From: Magallana gigas
Taxonomy: Eukaryota
Assembly (NCBI RefSeq): GCF_963853765.1
Contig: NC_088854.1
Location: forward strand, 39,308,001-39,372,000
Direction of reading: 5' to 3'
DNA: 64,000 nt
The notes below the pieces were generated by a model. That model was not told the origin of the DNA and did not search any database. It worked only from the letters and a program-made list of their open reading frames with translations. Numbering within the stretch: position 1 is the first letter of the stretch; each line of letters starts with the position of its first letter. Positions 51,624-64,000 of this stretch are shown piece after piece. The position numbers and the translations under genes are program-made.

Positions 51624-53441
51624 TGAAAATGATAACGATTGTGTTCCTTTGACAAAATACTGAGTACTATCGCAAGTTGTCATTAACGCGTATGAGATGT
51701 TGAAAAACATTGTGAAAACAATGATTGTAGATAGCAATTGTATGTTTTGTAGCTTAAAAAAAACAGTATTTATAAAAATATTTCCATTGCATGCAATTGT
51801 ATTATTGTATATATTAAAATGTTTAGATGTCTGTATGCTAGATTATGTACTCCTTTTGTAGTTTTGTAGTCATATATAACTCGAAATCGTATGTTATTCC
51901 AACCATCCGAGGCATGTTAGGACAAAAGTGTTTGATATACTCAAATATTCAATAAAAGATTTTAGAATAAAACCAACAATATCTACAATCCAACATTTAC
52001 CAAAAAAAAAAATTAGTAATTTGTAAGAATGCCGGAGTCGCAATTTACTGGATAACGCTTGCAGACGTACAATGGACGATCATGAAACGGCAACAACACG
52101 CAATCGTTGACTATCCACCGAGAAAGTTTTCATGATTGGATTAAAAGAGCAAAAAACTAGTAACAATTGTGCAATAATAAACGTCAACACTATTATTAAC
52201 AGGCTTCATCGTATTAGTTAACGAACAATTAACAGGTCAAACGAATGTACATCGCATGGAAAACTGACAAAACGTAGACTACTTGGTTGTATTCACAGGT
52301 CTCAGAAAAAAGATTAAGGTCTACTTATCCTTTTCACGATAGGTAGATGTCTGTGAATAGGGTTCCTTGGGAATCAAATGTTGAATCATACCAGTCAAAC
52401 ACAGGGAAAGAACTCATGCATGTGTGGATCTGAAAAGAGGGGGGGGGGGGGGGGGATTAGGGAACAATTTTCTAGATCCACGCATATAACCTAAAACAGA
52501 CATCTCTATCCAGTGTTGCTGTATCGATTTTCAAACAGGCGTTATTGCATAGATTTTCCCACAAGAAAAATAGTCCCGGACTAGATTCCCCACCCTCGGA
52601 AATATAGGCCCCGATATATATTTAACATTTAACCATGATTCACTATATATAGAAAAAAAACGGGTCCAATTTTTTCTACGTATGAAATAAATTAGCAGCT
52701 CCAGCATAGAATTTCTCACGAAATGACATATGCCCCTATCTCCTCTCACTTGTTTAGCTATAAATCAAGTTGTTCCGGCTCTCATACTAGAGTTCCTTTG
52801 ATACAATTTCCTCTTATCCAATGTTGTTCGTTTTCAATTCATTTCAGAAATAATATTTAATTCAACTTAGTCAACTAATTACGAACTAGCTTCAATTTTT
52901 GTCAACTTCTTATGAAATTCTAACGGTATTGAATATACTGAAAACCTTTTTCGAATCTTCTATCAATATACATTGTATGCACTTCAATTGATTCAGCGTG
53001 GAAACCCTTCCACTTTTACATTGATCTGCAATTATAATAAACATTCGCTTAATTTTGTAATACATTGCATCATAAAATTAATGAGCAAACTCGTGTATTT
53101 TAAAACAAAATTTGAGAGCACATCCTTGTCTCTTGTTTTTGAAAATAATTTCAATACATTACTTTACGGAAATAACAACAGAATCACTATTTGATTCTAT
53201 TATGCTATCATAAAATGGCTTGGTTGTTAAAATGACATTAAGGTACATGATCCCAAGTTTATTCACCCTGTGTGTCCCTGATTTTTGGTAAAATGCATTA
53301 AAAATATTTTATGCAAGTTAGATCGCCATTAAGCAAAATTACTGTGTGATTACAATTCATATATATTTTGTATTTGCATTAGAATCCCCCCCCCTCCAAA
53401 AATGAGTTACCTTTGAATTTACAGTATTCTGTAAATAAAAA

Positions 53442-53575
53442 CATGCGCGGATCCATAAAATTTTTCCAGGGGGGGTCCGAAGGATAATTGTGTTTGCCAG
53501 GGGGGGTCCGAGGCATATTTTCGCGATAATTTTACTATGTAAATTTAATAAATTTTCATTTTCCAGGGGGGGTCG

Positions 53576-53610
<35 letters not shown>
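53442..53610. mobile_element. Short G/C-tract element, same family as 30059-30246
   Basis: CATGCGCGGATCC...CCCCTCTAGATCCGCGCATG. Confidence 0.8.
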
Positions 53611-54072
53611 AAAAACACTCTGTAACATGCTTGAACAGACATAAACTAGCCAATAATTGTGTATATTTACATTCTACTGTGTTTTTCCATTAAATTCTGT
53701 GATCTTCAAATGTCTCTAAATGCAACAAGTAGTTAAAGGTCAAATTGACGAGTTTTATTATGATGTCACAAACGTTGAACTGCAACGTCACAAGCGAAAA
53801 TCAAAGTTCACGCTTGTGGCTGTTACTGTGGCTCTTCTATTAATATTAACTTACCCACATGTAACAAATAATAAATTTCAGTGTTTATTCATAAGTGTGT
53901 ATGTGTGTGTATGATTGAATGTCTGTTTTGCATGTCTGTTTCTTTGAAAAAGAAATAAATTATAAAAAAAAAAAAAATAAAAAAATATTAACTTACCCTT
54001 AGGATAAGATAGGAATTTTAAGGTATGAATCACATTTGCAGACAAGGGAAGAAGTTAAAAAATGTAAATATA

Positions 54073-54228
54073 AGCATTAAATCATGATTTTTTGAAGTAT
54101 ACAGTCTCATAACTGCAGCGGTGTGTGCATACAAATTTTCTTACGCGCTAACGCGCGTTACTCAATTTGTATGCACACACCGCTGCAGTTATGAGAGTGT
54201 ATACTTCAAAATATCATGATTCAATGCT
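54073..54228. repeat. ~155-bp near-perfect hairpin with centre CGCGCTAACGCGCG
   Basis: AGCATTAAATCATGATTTTTTGAAGTATACAGTCTCATAACTGCAGCGGTGTGTGCATACAAATT pairs with AATTTGTATGCACACACCGCTGCAGTTATGAGAGTGTATACTTCAAAATATCATGATTCAATGCT. Confidence 0.85.
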
Positions 54229-56852
54229 ATATCAAATTTAGAAAACAGGTGATGAAAAAGAAGCTACTCCTGCCATCACTCAGGATAACGTAATTAAACA
54301 GACAATAAGTATGTAATTAACAAGAGCTTGATCCGGAAAAATGCCTTTGTTTTTTTTTTAATACTAGGTGACAAAATTATAAAGTTAACATAGTGTAGAT
54401 GTTGTACAAACAGTTTTTCTTTTTTATTACAGTCTATTCATAATCACATATTGATGGAAACCTTTTACAAATTTTCAAATTGTTCTTTATTCATTTGGTA
54501 GGTGGCCACTGATCTATCTTTTTCTTCATACCTTCTAAATGACCTGCTGGTCGGAAAGCTGAAAAATAAATTTAATAATTTTCAAATCAGTCAGATTTAG
54601 AAACAGAATAATTTTTTTTAAAAAGGAAATAAAAAAAAAAACAACTGGAGGGTTTGTCAGTAGATACATGTATAGTGGGTTTTTTTTTTTTAATGAATAC
54701 GTACACTTCCTCTGAATTTTGTAAATCTGGATTAGGACATCCTTAAAAAATTGTTTGTTTGGAATTGCCGCCTGGGGGTTTCCAGACCCAGGAGGGAGGG
54801 AGGATTTTATTTTATATTTTTTAACTTGAAGTTTAACTAATTAAAAATTGGTTAAAATAAAAATTTCAAATAACAGTGGAAATTTAAATTAAATTTTTCT
54901 TCAAAAAAATGTTCTACGTGTATGTTTTTTGCTAATAAAATTTTATCAGTGGGGTATTTCAATGAGGCAGGAGGCAATTCAAAACAAACAATAATTTTAT
55001 ATTGGCCTTAGATGATATTTTTTTATATTGATTTTTTGTTTTAATAATGTTTAATTCTCCTTTTAATCATTTATTGTTAATTATCAGCGGGTGCAATATT
55101 TTATCAATAATCTGTCTTGTCTTTTCCATACAATGTAAATCAAATCTCTTATATAACCTGTAACATAGTCATTTCTTAAATAAGTATGGAAGAAGATATT
55201 TGGATGTAACATGAATGTGGGACACTTTCCACAATGATTACAGCTCATTTGTATATTAAAAAAAAGCTGATGTATGCATTAAACTGGTCATTCCATGGTT
55301 ATTACGTTCCGCAATTATGCTTATAATATACCAGGATAAATAAATAATTATCAGACAGCTGAACAATGAGTTGAACCAGGAAATTGAAGATATAATAATG
55401 ACAGTGTGTTAATCAACAAAGAATTATCTATGTACATGTATGGATGTATAAAGATAATTCACAGTTGCTTATGGAGGCAGACTCATGTCACTGAACATGT
55501 AGGAAGGGTTAGAATCATCATAAAGTCTATCACATAACAGAATAATATTCCTTAAATATAACTCTCAGACCATTATCACATGTACAATGTAGGTACATGT
55601 AGATGCATTCCATTGAATGGTTAACTTAAGTTGAACAGAAATGTCACTAGTCAGATCTGCCTAGATATTTCATATTCATAGCCCTTAGAGGCTGAGGCAT
55701 AGGCTATTAATATATATACACACAATTTATTATAGCTTCAAAATAATTTAATTGAAAGTTTCTTCTGCATTTATTTTCAGAATTCTCATTTTTCAAGAGG
55801 TTTATAAAGTAAAAAAAAAAATAGCCATGAGTATCAAACCCTGTGAAGAACATGTAACTGTTAGTTAACCACCCATTATTTCAATTCTAAAATTACTAGT
55901 AATCTTTAAATCATCTTAAAGGATGATTTTAATTGTTTGTTATATGCATTTAATCTCAGTTTGATAAAAATAATTTAGATAAAATGACTGTAAATAAAAA
56001 AAATTCCAATTAGTAAAGGGCAAAAAAATGATAACATGTGGTATTTTTAAAAAATATATTATGTACTTAGTACCTGTACCATCATTCAATTCATTATGAG
56101 CAGGAAGCATTTAAAATCAGGCAAACTGTGAAATTCTAGCTGCAGTCAAAGCAAACAACTCAACTGTGATTTTTTTTTTTTGCATTCCAAGTGCTATTGC
56201 TGCTTCAAATCCTGCAACACTATTGCTTTCTATTGCTTTAAACTTCAAACTAATTTAGATTTTCATGGAATCAATTTCCTGTTGGATGAATTCTACTTGA
56301 AACTGAAGGATGCAAATAGTTACTAATACGTTAATACTTTTCAATTAGTCCATTTTCCATTTGTTTATCGTATATAAAATGGATACTCAAGAAGGCAAAA
56401 GGGTAAAATGGCAAAAGGCAAAAAAGTAACTGAATTATCTAACACAAATTTTTATAAAGTCTTTAATTGAATCTAGATTTACAAAATCCTCCAGAGAATT
56501 CAAAAGTTGACAAGTTGGAATGAACGCCATCATGTTCTTTAAATACTAGCAGTAAATTCTTTGTAACAGTTGTTTCCAGTTCCTTACAGCAAATTATTAT
56601 CTCAATATCAAATCATATATTGTTCATGCCATCAAGACACAGGAAAAAAAAAGTAAGTTCCATGTAGATAAGCATGCATGAATGATTTTACAGTGCACTT
56701 TAGAGGCTCAAACATTAACCATCTTAAAGATGAAGGTGTTATAAACATAATAAGATAGATGTGCTTTGTTTTCTTTTTGATTAGGCTAAAACAAATGAAT
56801 GTATCAATTATGGGCAACACCACATTAGGTCAAATGCTGCCTCACTGATTAA

Positions 56853-57196
56853 GGTGGCTCACTACACCTTGAAATATTTTCTCAAATCAGCAGAAAATTA
56901 CTTGATTGTGATAGATATCATAATGAATAAGAAGTATAAGAAGTCAAACAGGCCAAAAAAAATGAGCAATTTTGGATGAAAAATTACATTTTCAAAAATT
57001 TAATTCAGTAAACATAACAAAAGCTCCAGGCGGATTTGATTTTGTGATCTGGGGTTCAAAAGCCCATTACTTTGACCACTGAGCTATGACAATATACAAC
57101 CCAATCGAACGATATAAACAGTTTAACAAAACATTTAAATCGCCATCTCATGGCGTAGTATCTTAAAAATAATTAGTCTAAGTGTAGTGAGGTAAC
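56853..57196. mobile_element. TTAA-flanked non-autonomous element (Kolobok-like) containing a tRNA-like segment on -
   Basis: TTAA|GGTGGCTCACTACAC ... GTGTAGTGAGGTAAC|TTAA. The internal 57022-57090 reads GTCATAGCTCAGTGGTCAAAG...ATCAAATCCGCCTGGAGCT on -. Confidence 0.6.
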
Positions 57197-57979
57197 TTAA
57201 TTTTATTGTCATATTGAAAAGAGGAATAACTAAAGTTTCAATTTGCATGAAGCTAAAAATAAGAAACTTAGTTCTTCCCCTTTGCAAAGATTGCAATAAA
57301 AACAAAAAATAAAATACCTGCCTGTTGCATTATATATTTGAAATGTTTACAGGCCTGAGAAGCAACAAATAAGTAAATGTTTTTATGGCCTTAAATAACC
57401 ATGATAATCCGCATGCATAAAAACATGCTAATAGCAAATTCTGTGTAAGCTAATTTTAGAATATGGTGATACATGTATGTGCAATAAAACTTACTTTTAT
57501 GAATAGGATGGGGATAGCCTTTCATCTCCAGGTAATTATGGGCTTTTCTGAACTATAAAAAAAAAATCTAAAATATATTATCTGAATAGATACCAATAAG
57601 CCTATGAAAATATGTGCATCAGAAAATATTCAAAAGAGCATGGTCATGACTTGAGATCACAATTTTCAAATTTCATTTGTGTATAATTCTAAACTTGTGC
57701 ATTTCTATTGGTTGGCGACTGTCAGAATTAAGACAAATAATAAACAAATTATAGAGCAGCTAAGAATTCATTTTTATGTAAATCCAGTCTATAGTAGAAT
57801 TTTCTTGATCATTAAATAATGACAGTAAATAGTCATTGTGATACAAGATATTTTGTGAGATTTTGCTTAGTTGTATTCATTAAGAGGGCTGGGTGGTCGT
57901 GACCATTTTTAGGCTATATTTACCTCTATATGTAGAAGAGCTCTGCATAAAAATATAGGAAATGCTCAAATTTTTAAAC

Positions 57980-58457
57980 TATACTCTGTCCCAAGGTATC
58001 CTTGACTCACATTTTGCATAATTACTTGATATTTATAAATACCTCAGGGTTCAAATGATGTTCATTCAGAAGTATGAAAAATTTCAAGATTTTTCCTTTG
58101 AAACGCCCCCTCTAGCTTATCAGGTTTCAATACATGGCTAAAAAATGTGATGTCTATGGGAATTTTGTACTGTAACAAACCTGGATGATAACAGAAAAAA
58201 TGTGCGAGGTATTCCGAGTGACTTCTGAATGGAGGAAAGATGTCAATATAAGTGACAACATTCCCCGTTATAAATCTCTTTAAGAAATCTGTTTTCATTC
58301 CTGTGAGTTTTTCCTAGTGAAAAATGATAATTTGTGAATGAAATTATCTTGAAAATTTTCCCTGTTATCTATTTCAATTGCACTTCTTTCACAGGTATGT
58401 GTATTATTATTCAAAATCATCAAAAAATGCTGCATAAATATCCTGGCACAGACTACA
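57980..58457 (-). mobile_element. ~480-bp MITE, family copy B (diverged, reverse)
   Basis: TATACTCTGTCCCAAG ... CCTGGCACAGACTAC; the interior is the reverse complement of 63041-63517. Confidence 0.8.
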
Positions 58458-59080
58458 AAATATTTTAAAATTGGTTTGTTTTTTCTTTACTAAATGTTAG
58501 TCAATGGGCTAAAATAGTTTTAATATGTCAAAGTTTAAAGCAGATTTGATGGTTAATTTGTTGACCATCCAGTCTCCTCAATAACTTAAAAATAGAAAAT
58601 AATTATCTAAATTAAATCTAAATTTTTTAAATGTTATCAAAGATTAAAACATGACATGAACCTTGGTCATATAAGAAAAAGCCTTGTTAATGTATCTTAC
58701 TTGTAACTTGTATTTTGACATTCAAGTTGTGAAGTTTAAAATCTCAAAATACGGTTTCCTGGACATTAAAAATACAATAATGAAATTTTCATTTTTTAGC
58801 ACAATCAAAACCATTCCCCTTCAACTACATTATCTAGAAAAATATATAATTGCCATCAACTGATCAATCTTTGCGGCAATGCATAGGAGAATAATCATGA
58901 CCAGGCTATGCTCAGGTCACAGTCGTTAAATCGGGTTGGTTGGACATCTGTCATTTTAACAATTAAACATTTTATCTACAGCAATACAAGTTATAACAGT
59001 AAATTAATTATTTTTATGGTGGCGGGCACACAAATTTAAAATTGGGATATAATTAGAATTTTCTTTTGACTTTCATATAA

Positions 59081-59729
59081 CAGGGCCAGTACAATCACTA
59101 GATTTAGCTACGTAGCTTGATTTACCTACATAGTTTTATTTATCTACCTCAAGTAAGTTTATTTAGCTACTCAATCATATTTTTGTCTTAATTGGGCATT
59201 TGTACTAAAAGTCACACTCAGGTGCAGCAATAATTTTCAAGTACACTTTGAACTTATCTGATAATAATTCATTTAAAAAAATCACTCTTAAAAATGTTGC
59301 TCTTTTAGCGCAAATGCAGTAAAGGATCGATTTAAAAGTTTTGAAGATATGTATAACTGTGTATGTGTTACCAAACAGCTACCTCATGAATGGAATAACA
59401 AAAGAGAAGAGCTCTGAATAATGATTAATTGATAATAATTCAGCACATTGGCACAAGTAATCACACTTATCCATAACTCATCACACACAAGGTTTCATAC
59501 AGTTACTCAAACAATAGAAATGGATGTTTTCCTTAAAACTGTCCAAAAGCAGCAATGTTTTAACCATTATTGCTCTACTACACAATACAAATATGGTTTG
59601 TCCGTGTCTGTTTTACATAGAAAGCAAAATTGCATAATGATAGCTAAATAAACCTACTTGAGGTAGGTAAATTAAGCTATGTAGGTCATTCAAGCTACGT
59701 ATCTAAACCTAGTTATTGCACTGGACCTG
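59081..59729. mobile_element. ~650-bp MITE with ~90-bp imperfect TIRs (Tc1/mariner-like ends)
   Basis: CAGGGCCAGTACAATCACTAGATTTAGCTACGTAGC versus the reverse complement of the right end, CAGGTCCAGTGCAATAACTAGGTTTAGATACGTAGC. Confidence 0.75.
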
Positions 59730-60569
59730 TATAACTTTTCAGTCGTGCAAATTCGGATTATATAAATAATTTAAGAGAAAACAAGTCATTCTTACATGAT
59801 ATATGGGGTGCACACCTAAAAAAAATACACCGGAAGCGGCAAATGCCACACCAAACGAATAGTAACCATACTTTAAAGAGTTAAAACTCATTTTTTCACA
59901 TTTCAAGGACTCTTCTAACAGGAAATTGGTATGGTAAAGTTAATAGTTAAAATATATTCAGGATACTTGGCATGGATCTGAAAATTCCGATTTAAAAAAA
60001 AATATGGGGGGGGGGGGGGGTAATTTTTCTTATACTATTAGGCTCTGCAGGATTATCCGATATACCATTATATTTTAAGAATACTTCTGAACTTGTAAAA
60101 AATAAATGATAAGTTCAATTGCATCTGCAGGCTTTGAGGTATATGTCATTGACCCCAATATTGATTAAAAAATCAGAGAGTTGCCACCTTTCATCTCTAC
60201 ATGAATAATCGAATTTGGAATTGCATATCATTTTATAGTTTATATGCATTTGATTTTATCATGCATGCACGAGAAAAGGATCTATTGCAATAACAAAAGA
60301 CTGAATTGACCTATACATTTCTAGCCCGGGAAGATGGATTTCCCAAGAGAAAAAAAAACACTTTTGAATATCAAAGTTTTTTGGGGTTTCTTGTTATTTT
60401 CCATCGTACATATTCCTAAATTTTTCGAATTTGCATTTTGACCCTACCCTTGCTCTTACAATTTTTTCATTAATCTTCAAAGTCGCTAAAACAGCACCTT
60501 TTCGGTAAAATGGTATATTTTCTGCACGGTTTTTGGCCTAGAAATCCCGCAGGACAGGCCTGCCCTTAA

Positions 60570-60862
60570 AACACAGGGGCCAAGCCCGTTTTAACATTAA
60601 TTTCAATGTAACCATAAATAAAGAGAATAATGACGTATATCTCCGCTATTTTAAGACCCATCAACTTGAAATTCGGCATGAGTGTATCTTAGACAATATT
60701 TTTCTGAAAATTACACGCATATTGCAAGTGTTGTAAAAAATAATTGATTTATTAGGCTTTTGAAGCGAGCTGGTAGTTTTTTTATCTGGGTCAGAGTTCG
60801 ACCCCTTTCTTTATTTATGGTTACATTGAAATTAATGTTAAAACGGGCTTGGCCCCTGTGCC
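60570..60862. mobile_element. TTAA-flanked MITE with 53-bp perfect TIRs (Kolobok- or piggyBac-like target site)
   Basis: CACAGGGGCCAAGCCCGTTTTAACATTAATTTCAATGTAACCATAAATAAAGA is identical at both ends (inverted); TTAA at 60566-60569 and 60863-60866. Confidence 0.85.
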
Positions 60863-61039
60863 TTAAAACAATCTTAGATATTTTCATTGGTTTTGTTCAA
60901 ATGAATGAATTAAGATAAAAATTTCTTAGGGGCATCCCGGTCCTGGGGTCGAATTTTGCAACCAAAAAAAGACAACATTTTCGGAAACTGATTTCTATCA
61001 TATTGGTATATATTTACTACTAACATAGTAATTAATTAA

Positions 61040-61122
61040 GTCCTGGATAGCTCAGCAGGTTAAACCACTGGCTATGTCACACGTGATATTTTTTGTGCCC
61101 TGGTTCGATTCCATCTGCAGGC
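61040..61122 (+). other. tRNA-derived (SINE-head-like) segment
   Basis: A-box-like TAGCTCAGCAGGTTA (61048-61062) and B-box GGTTCGATTCC (61102-61112), followed by a T-run; no convincing cloverleaf. Confidence 0.55.
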
Positions 61123-61879
61123 ATACTTTTTCTCTTTTTTTTAATTATATGGCATTTATAAACATGATAAACACCGTTTCATTTTTATGCAGAATTGAGC
61201 ATCTGTATATTATATAATGGCTATGCACATTTGCTCTTTGAATCAAAGATATCGATTGAAAAAGTATATACTTGACTACTTATAAAAGCAATTTAATCAA
61301 CTGGAACCATACCTATAGTGTAAGCAGCTTTGTTTGAGGACAACTGAGAATCATTCACACTATATGTTACTGAAGACAGGTGTCACGTACGTAAAAAAAA
61401 ATCATGCCGAGCAAAAACTGTTGCGTTTTGCCTTTCTATAGGAAATGGTACAATTTTGGGAGAAGTACTGCAAAGAAGATGTAGTTCGTTCTTTACAAAA
61501 AACGTGTGCATTGGTGACATTTTAAGCCAAAACCATAGAGAAAAAATGGGGTGGATCAGTTAGAGTTTTCCGTCCCCTTGCCATTCCGGTGTAACGAAGA
61601 ATATTGACGCAGTTAATTTTATGCATATGCGTAGTCATAGTTCGTTTTAAAAAGTGCATATCATCTCTAATATTTTTCAATTCTGTTATTTACCTGTAAA
61701 TTAGAAACACAGGCAGCTGACGTTATATGTTTTCTCGTGATTACAAATAGATACCATCTGCAGTAAAAATGTAATTAAAAAAGTGGTCTTGCATCTACAG
61801 GGATGGTGGATCGAATCATGTTAATGGTATATAAGAAAAGATGTAAAAGGTTGAAAATATCAAGATTCCCAAGCATACC

Positions 61880-62340
61880 GTCAATCCAATAGAGAAACAT
61901 TTGTTAAATTATGGTTTTTATAAGGCCTATATTGGAATATGATGATGTTGTGTGGGGCAACTGTACTAAGGAAAATTCCAAACTGTACAACTTGAAGCAA
62001 CCAGGATAGTAACAGGGATGAGAGTTATTTTTTCTAAAATCATTCTATATATAGGAAACTTGGTTTGGAAACCTTACAATCTCGAAAGGATAAATATATC
62101 AAACTTATTATATTATACAAGATAATGAATAGTTTAGCACCACAATTGATGATATAGATTTAATTCAACCATATATGTTCAACTAAACCTGAAACTAATC
62201 TTTTTTCTTTTATATACCGTCTACCACTAGGTCGGACTACTTTATTATGTCTACAAGTAAATTATGGAATAATCTTAATCAGTAATGCAACAATGAAAAA
62301 TTCATCCATCTTTAAGTCAAAACTTGAAAACAAAATATAC
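61880..62340 (+). mobile_element. Highly degenerate CR1/L2-type LINE fragment (post-RT region)
   Basis: IRPILEYDDVVWGNCT...YRKLGLETLQSR...KLIILYKIMNSLAP, with stops and frameshifts. Confidence 0.7.
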
Positions 62341-63040
62341 CAGAAGGTTACAAATAACAATCAATTATGTGGGTTTTTTTTAAAATTAAAACTCGTCCAA
62401 ATCTCAGTGTGCAGCATATAAATATATATCTTGTGACAGACTATAGCCGGTGAATGGATGTAATTTGGGCGCAAATGTTTTCTTGATTATCGAGATATTA
62501 CGCAAAGAGTGATGGAAGCAAAAACTTGGGACAGAGTATAGTGCAAATGTTTACTGTTACTCCCAGGTCCGTTAATTGTCAATTCTACTTTTTTCACCTA
62601 TACAGAGCTGCATGCAGGACTTCAGAGACATAACTAAAACTAAACAGAGATTGGCAACCGATCGAAATCTCGCGTAATCCCGCGGTCCCTATGTGGTAAA
62701 GTGTTTCCAGTTTAAATCAGTATATCTTAATTTCTAATAAACAATTATATCGAAAAAATAAACAGCTAAAACCTATTACCAAAACATTCAAAATATTATA
62801 TTTTCATGAGTTTGTCAGATAAAAAATATTAAAAGAGGAGTTTTAGGAGGCAGTTGGCTATATATACTACCCGTCGTCCGAGATTTCGCCAATGAATTAT
62901 AGCTGGCCCATATATATTATATAAAATATATATTATATTAATCTTATTTTTCAACTTTTTGTTTCAAAAATGTCCAAAACCTATGCACACTTTTTGTTAA
63001 AACAATATTATTTTGGTTTAAGATCATTATCTCAGTTTAC

Positions 63041-63517
63041 TATAGTCTGTCCCAAGTTATTTTTGCTGCATATTTGAACGATTTTTAATAAAAATACACA
63101 TACCTGTGACTGAAGTGCAATTAAAATCGATGGAAGGGAAAATTCCCAAGATAACTTCATTCACACATTATCATTTTTCCCTCGTAAAAATTCACAGGAA
63201 CGAAAACAGATTTCCTACGGAGATTTATAATGGGGAATGTTGACATCTTTTCTCCATTCGGAAATACTCGGGACCCCTCGCGCAATTTTTCAACGTTATC
63301 ATCCGGGCGTCTTCATCTCCTTGGCAATGGAAAAACCTCGTAGACTTTTTATTTTTAGCCGTGTACTGATACCCGACAAGCTAAAGGGGGCGTTTCAAAG
63401 GGGAAATCTTGGGATTTTTTCATACTATTGAATGAACATCGTCTGAACCAAGAGGTATTTATAGATATTGAATAATTTAAGAAAATATGCGGCAAAAATA
63501 TCTTGGGACAGACTATA
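63041..63517 (+). mobile_element. ~480-bp MITE, family copy C
   Basis: Perfect 16-bp TIRs TATAGTCTGTCCCAAG / CTTGGGACAGACTATA; homologous to 32294-32775. A fragment with both end motifs lies at about 62430-62540. Confidence 0.85.
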
Positions 63518-64000
63518 ATATGTAGTTCTCAAAGTAAGGTTGGTCCCGTACCATTTTTCAACAACAAAACACGCTAATCATGCTAATGGCGGAGTTGCCA
63601 ATCTCTATCTGTTTTTTGTGTCTCTGATGCAGCTATATATGTATAACGATGATATACATGTATAACTCAACCCAAAGTTTTACACAGCACTTGAGTTGTA
63701 TTACTTTTCAATGGCGTGATCTTATACCATAACTTTTACAAATATATCTATGTACTATCGAGACATGAACAATATTTACCCCCCCCCCCCCCCCCCCAAT
63801 GTGCACTTGTGATTTTCAGGTGAGCGTGATTGTCCGGAGGCGTATTACCCCTCCGCCATTTCGATTAATACGCACAGTTTTTCAGTAAATTTTGTACTTT
63901 CTAATATGACTTTACACATCATTTAAGCAAAAAAGACATAAAATCTATTATTAATTATTTTAATAGAGACAATATGGTGACTTTAATAACAGTAGAAAAA

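Overview
AT-rich, intron-containing eukaryotic DNA, most likely from a Crassostrea/Magallana oyster (it carries a ~166-bp satellite matching Cg170 as I recall it), with five N-gaps. Genes: (i) three tandem SLC5/SGLT-family Na+/solute symporter genes on + (the 3' end of copy 1, and two complete 14-exon, 657-aa copies rebuilt by hand from GT-AG boundaries); (ii) a multi-exon animal-type laccase/multicopper oxidase on - with all four Cu-binding motifs and a probable GPI-type tail; (iii) two single-coding-exon Toll-like receptors on +. The rest is transposon-derived: LINE remnants, a hAT/BED fragment, a Gypsy gag fragment, several MITE families, many long fold-back hairpins, and a Helentron-type non-autonomous element (HINE) carrying the satellite. 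The most unusual feature is an array of 6-7 stem-loops inside the HINE (about 35397-35724) with a conserved 16-nt loop and stems whose sequence changes while pairing is kept. Other notable points: the SLC5 substrate pocket differs from SGLT1, both paralog sets show gene-conversion-like patches, and both TLRs lack the BB-loop proline. All alignments were done by eye; reference residue numbers and TE family names are from memory.
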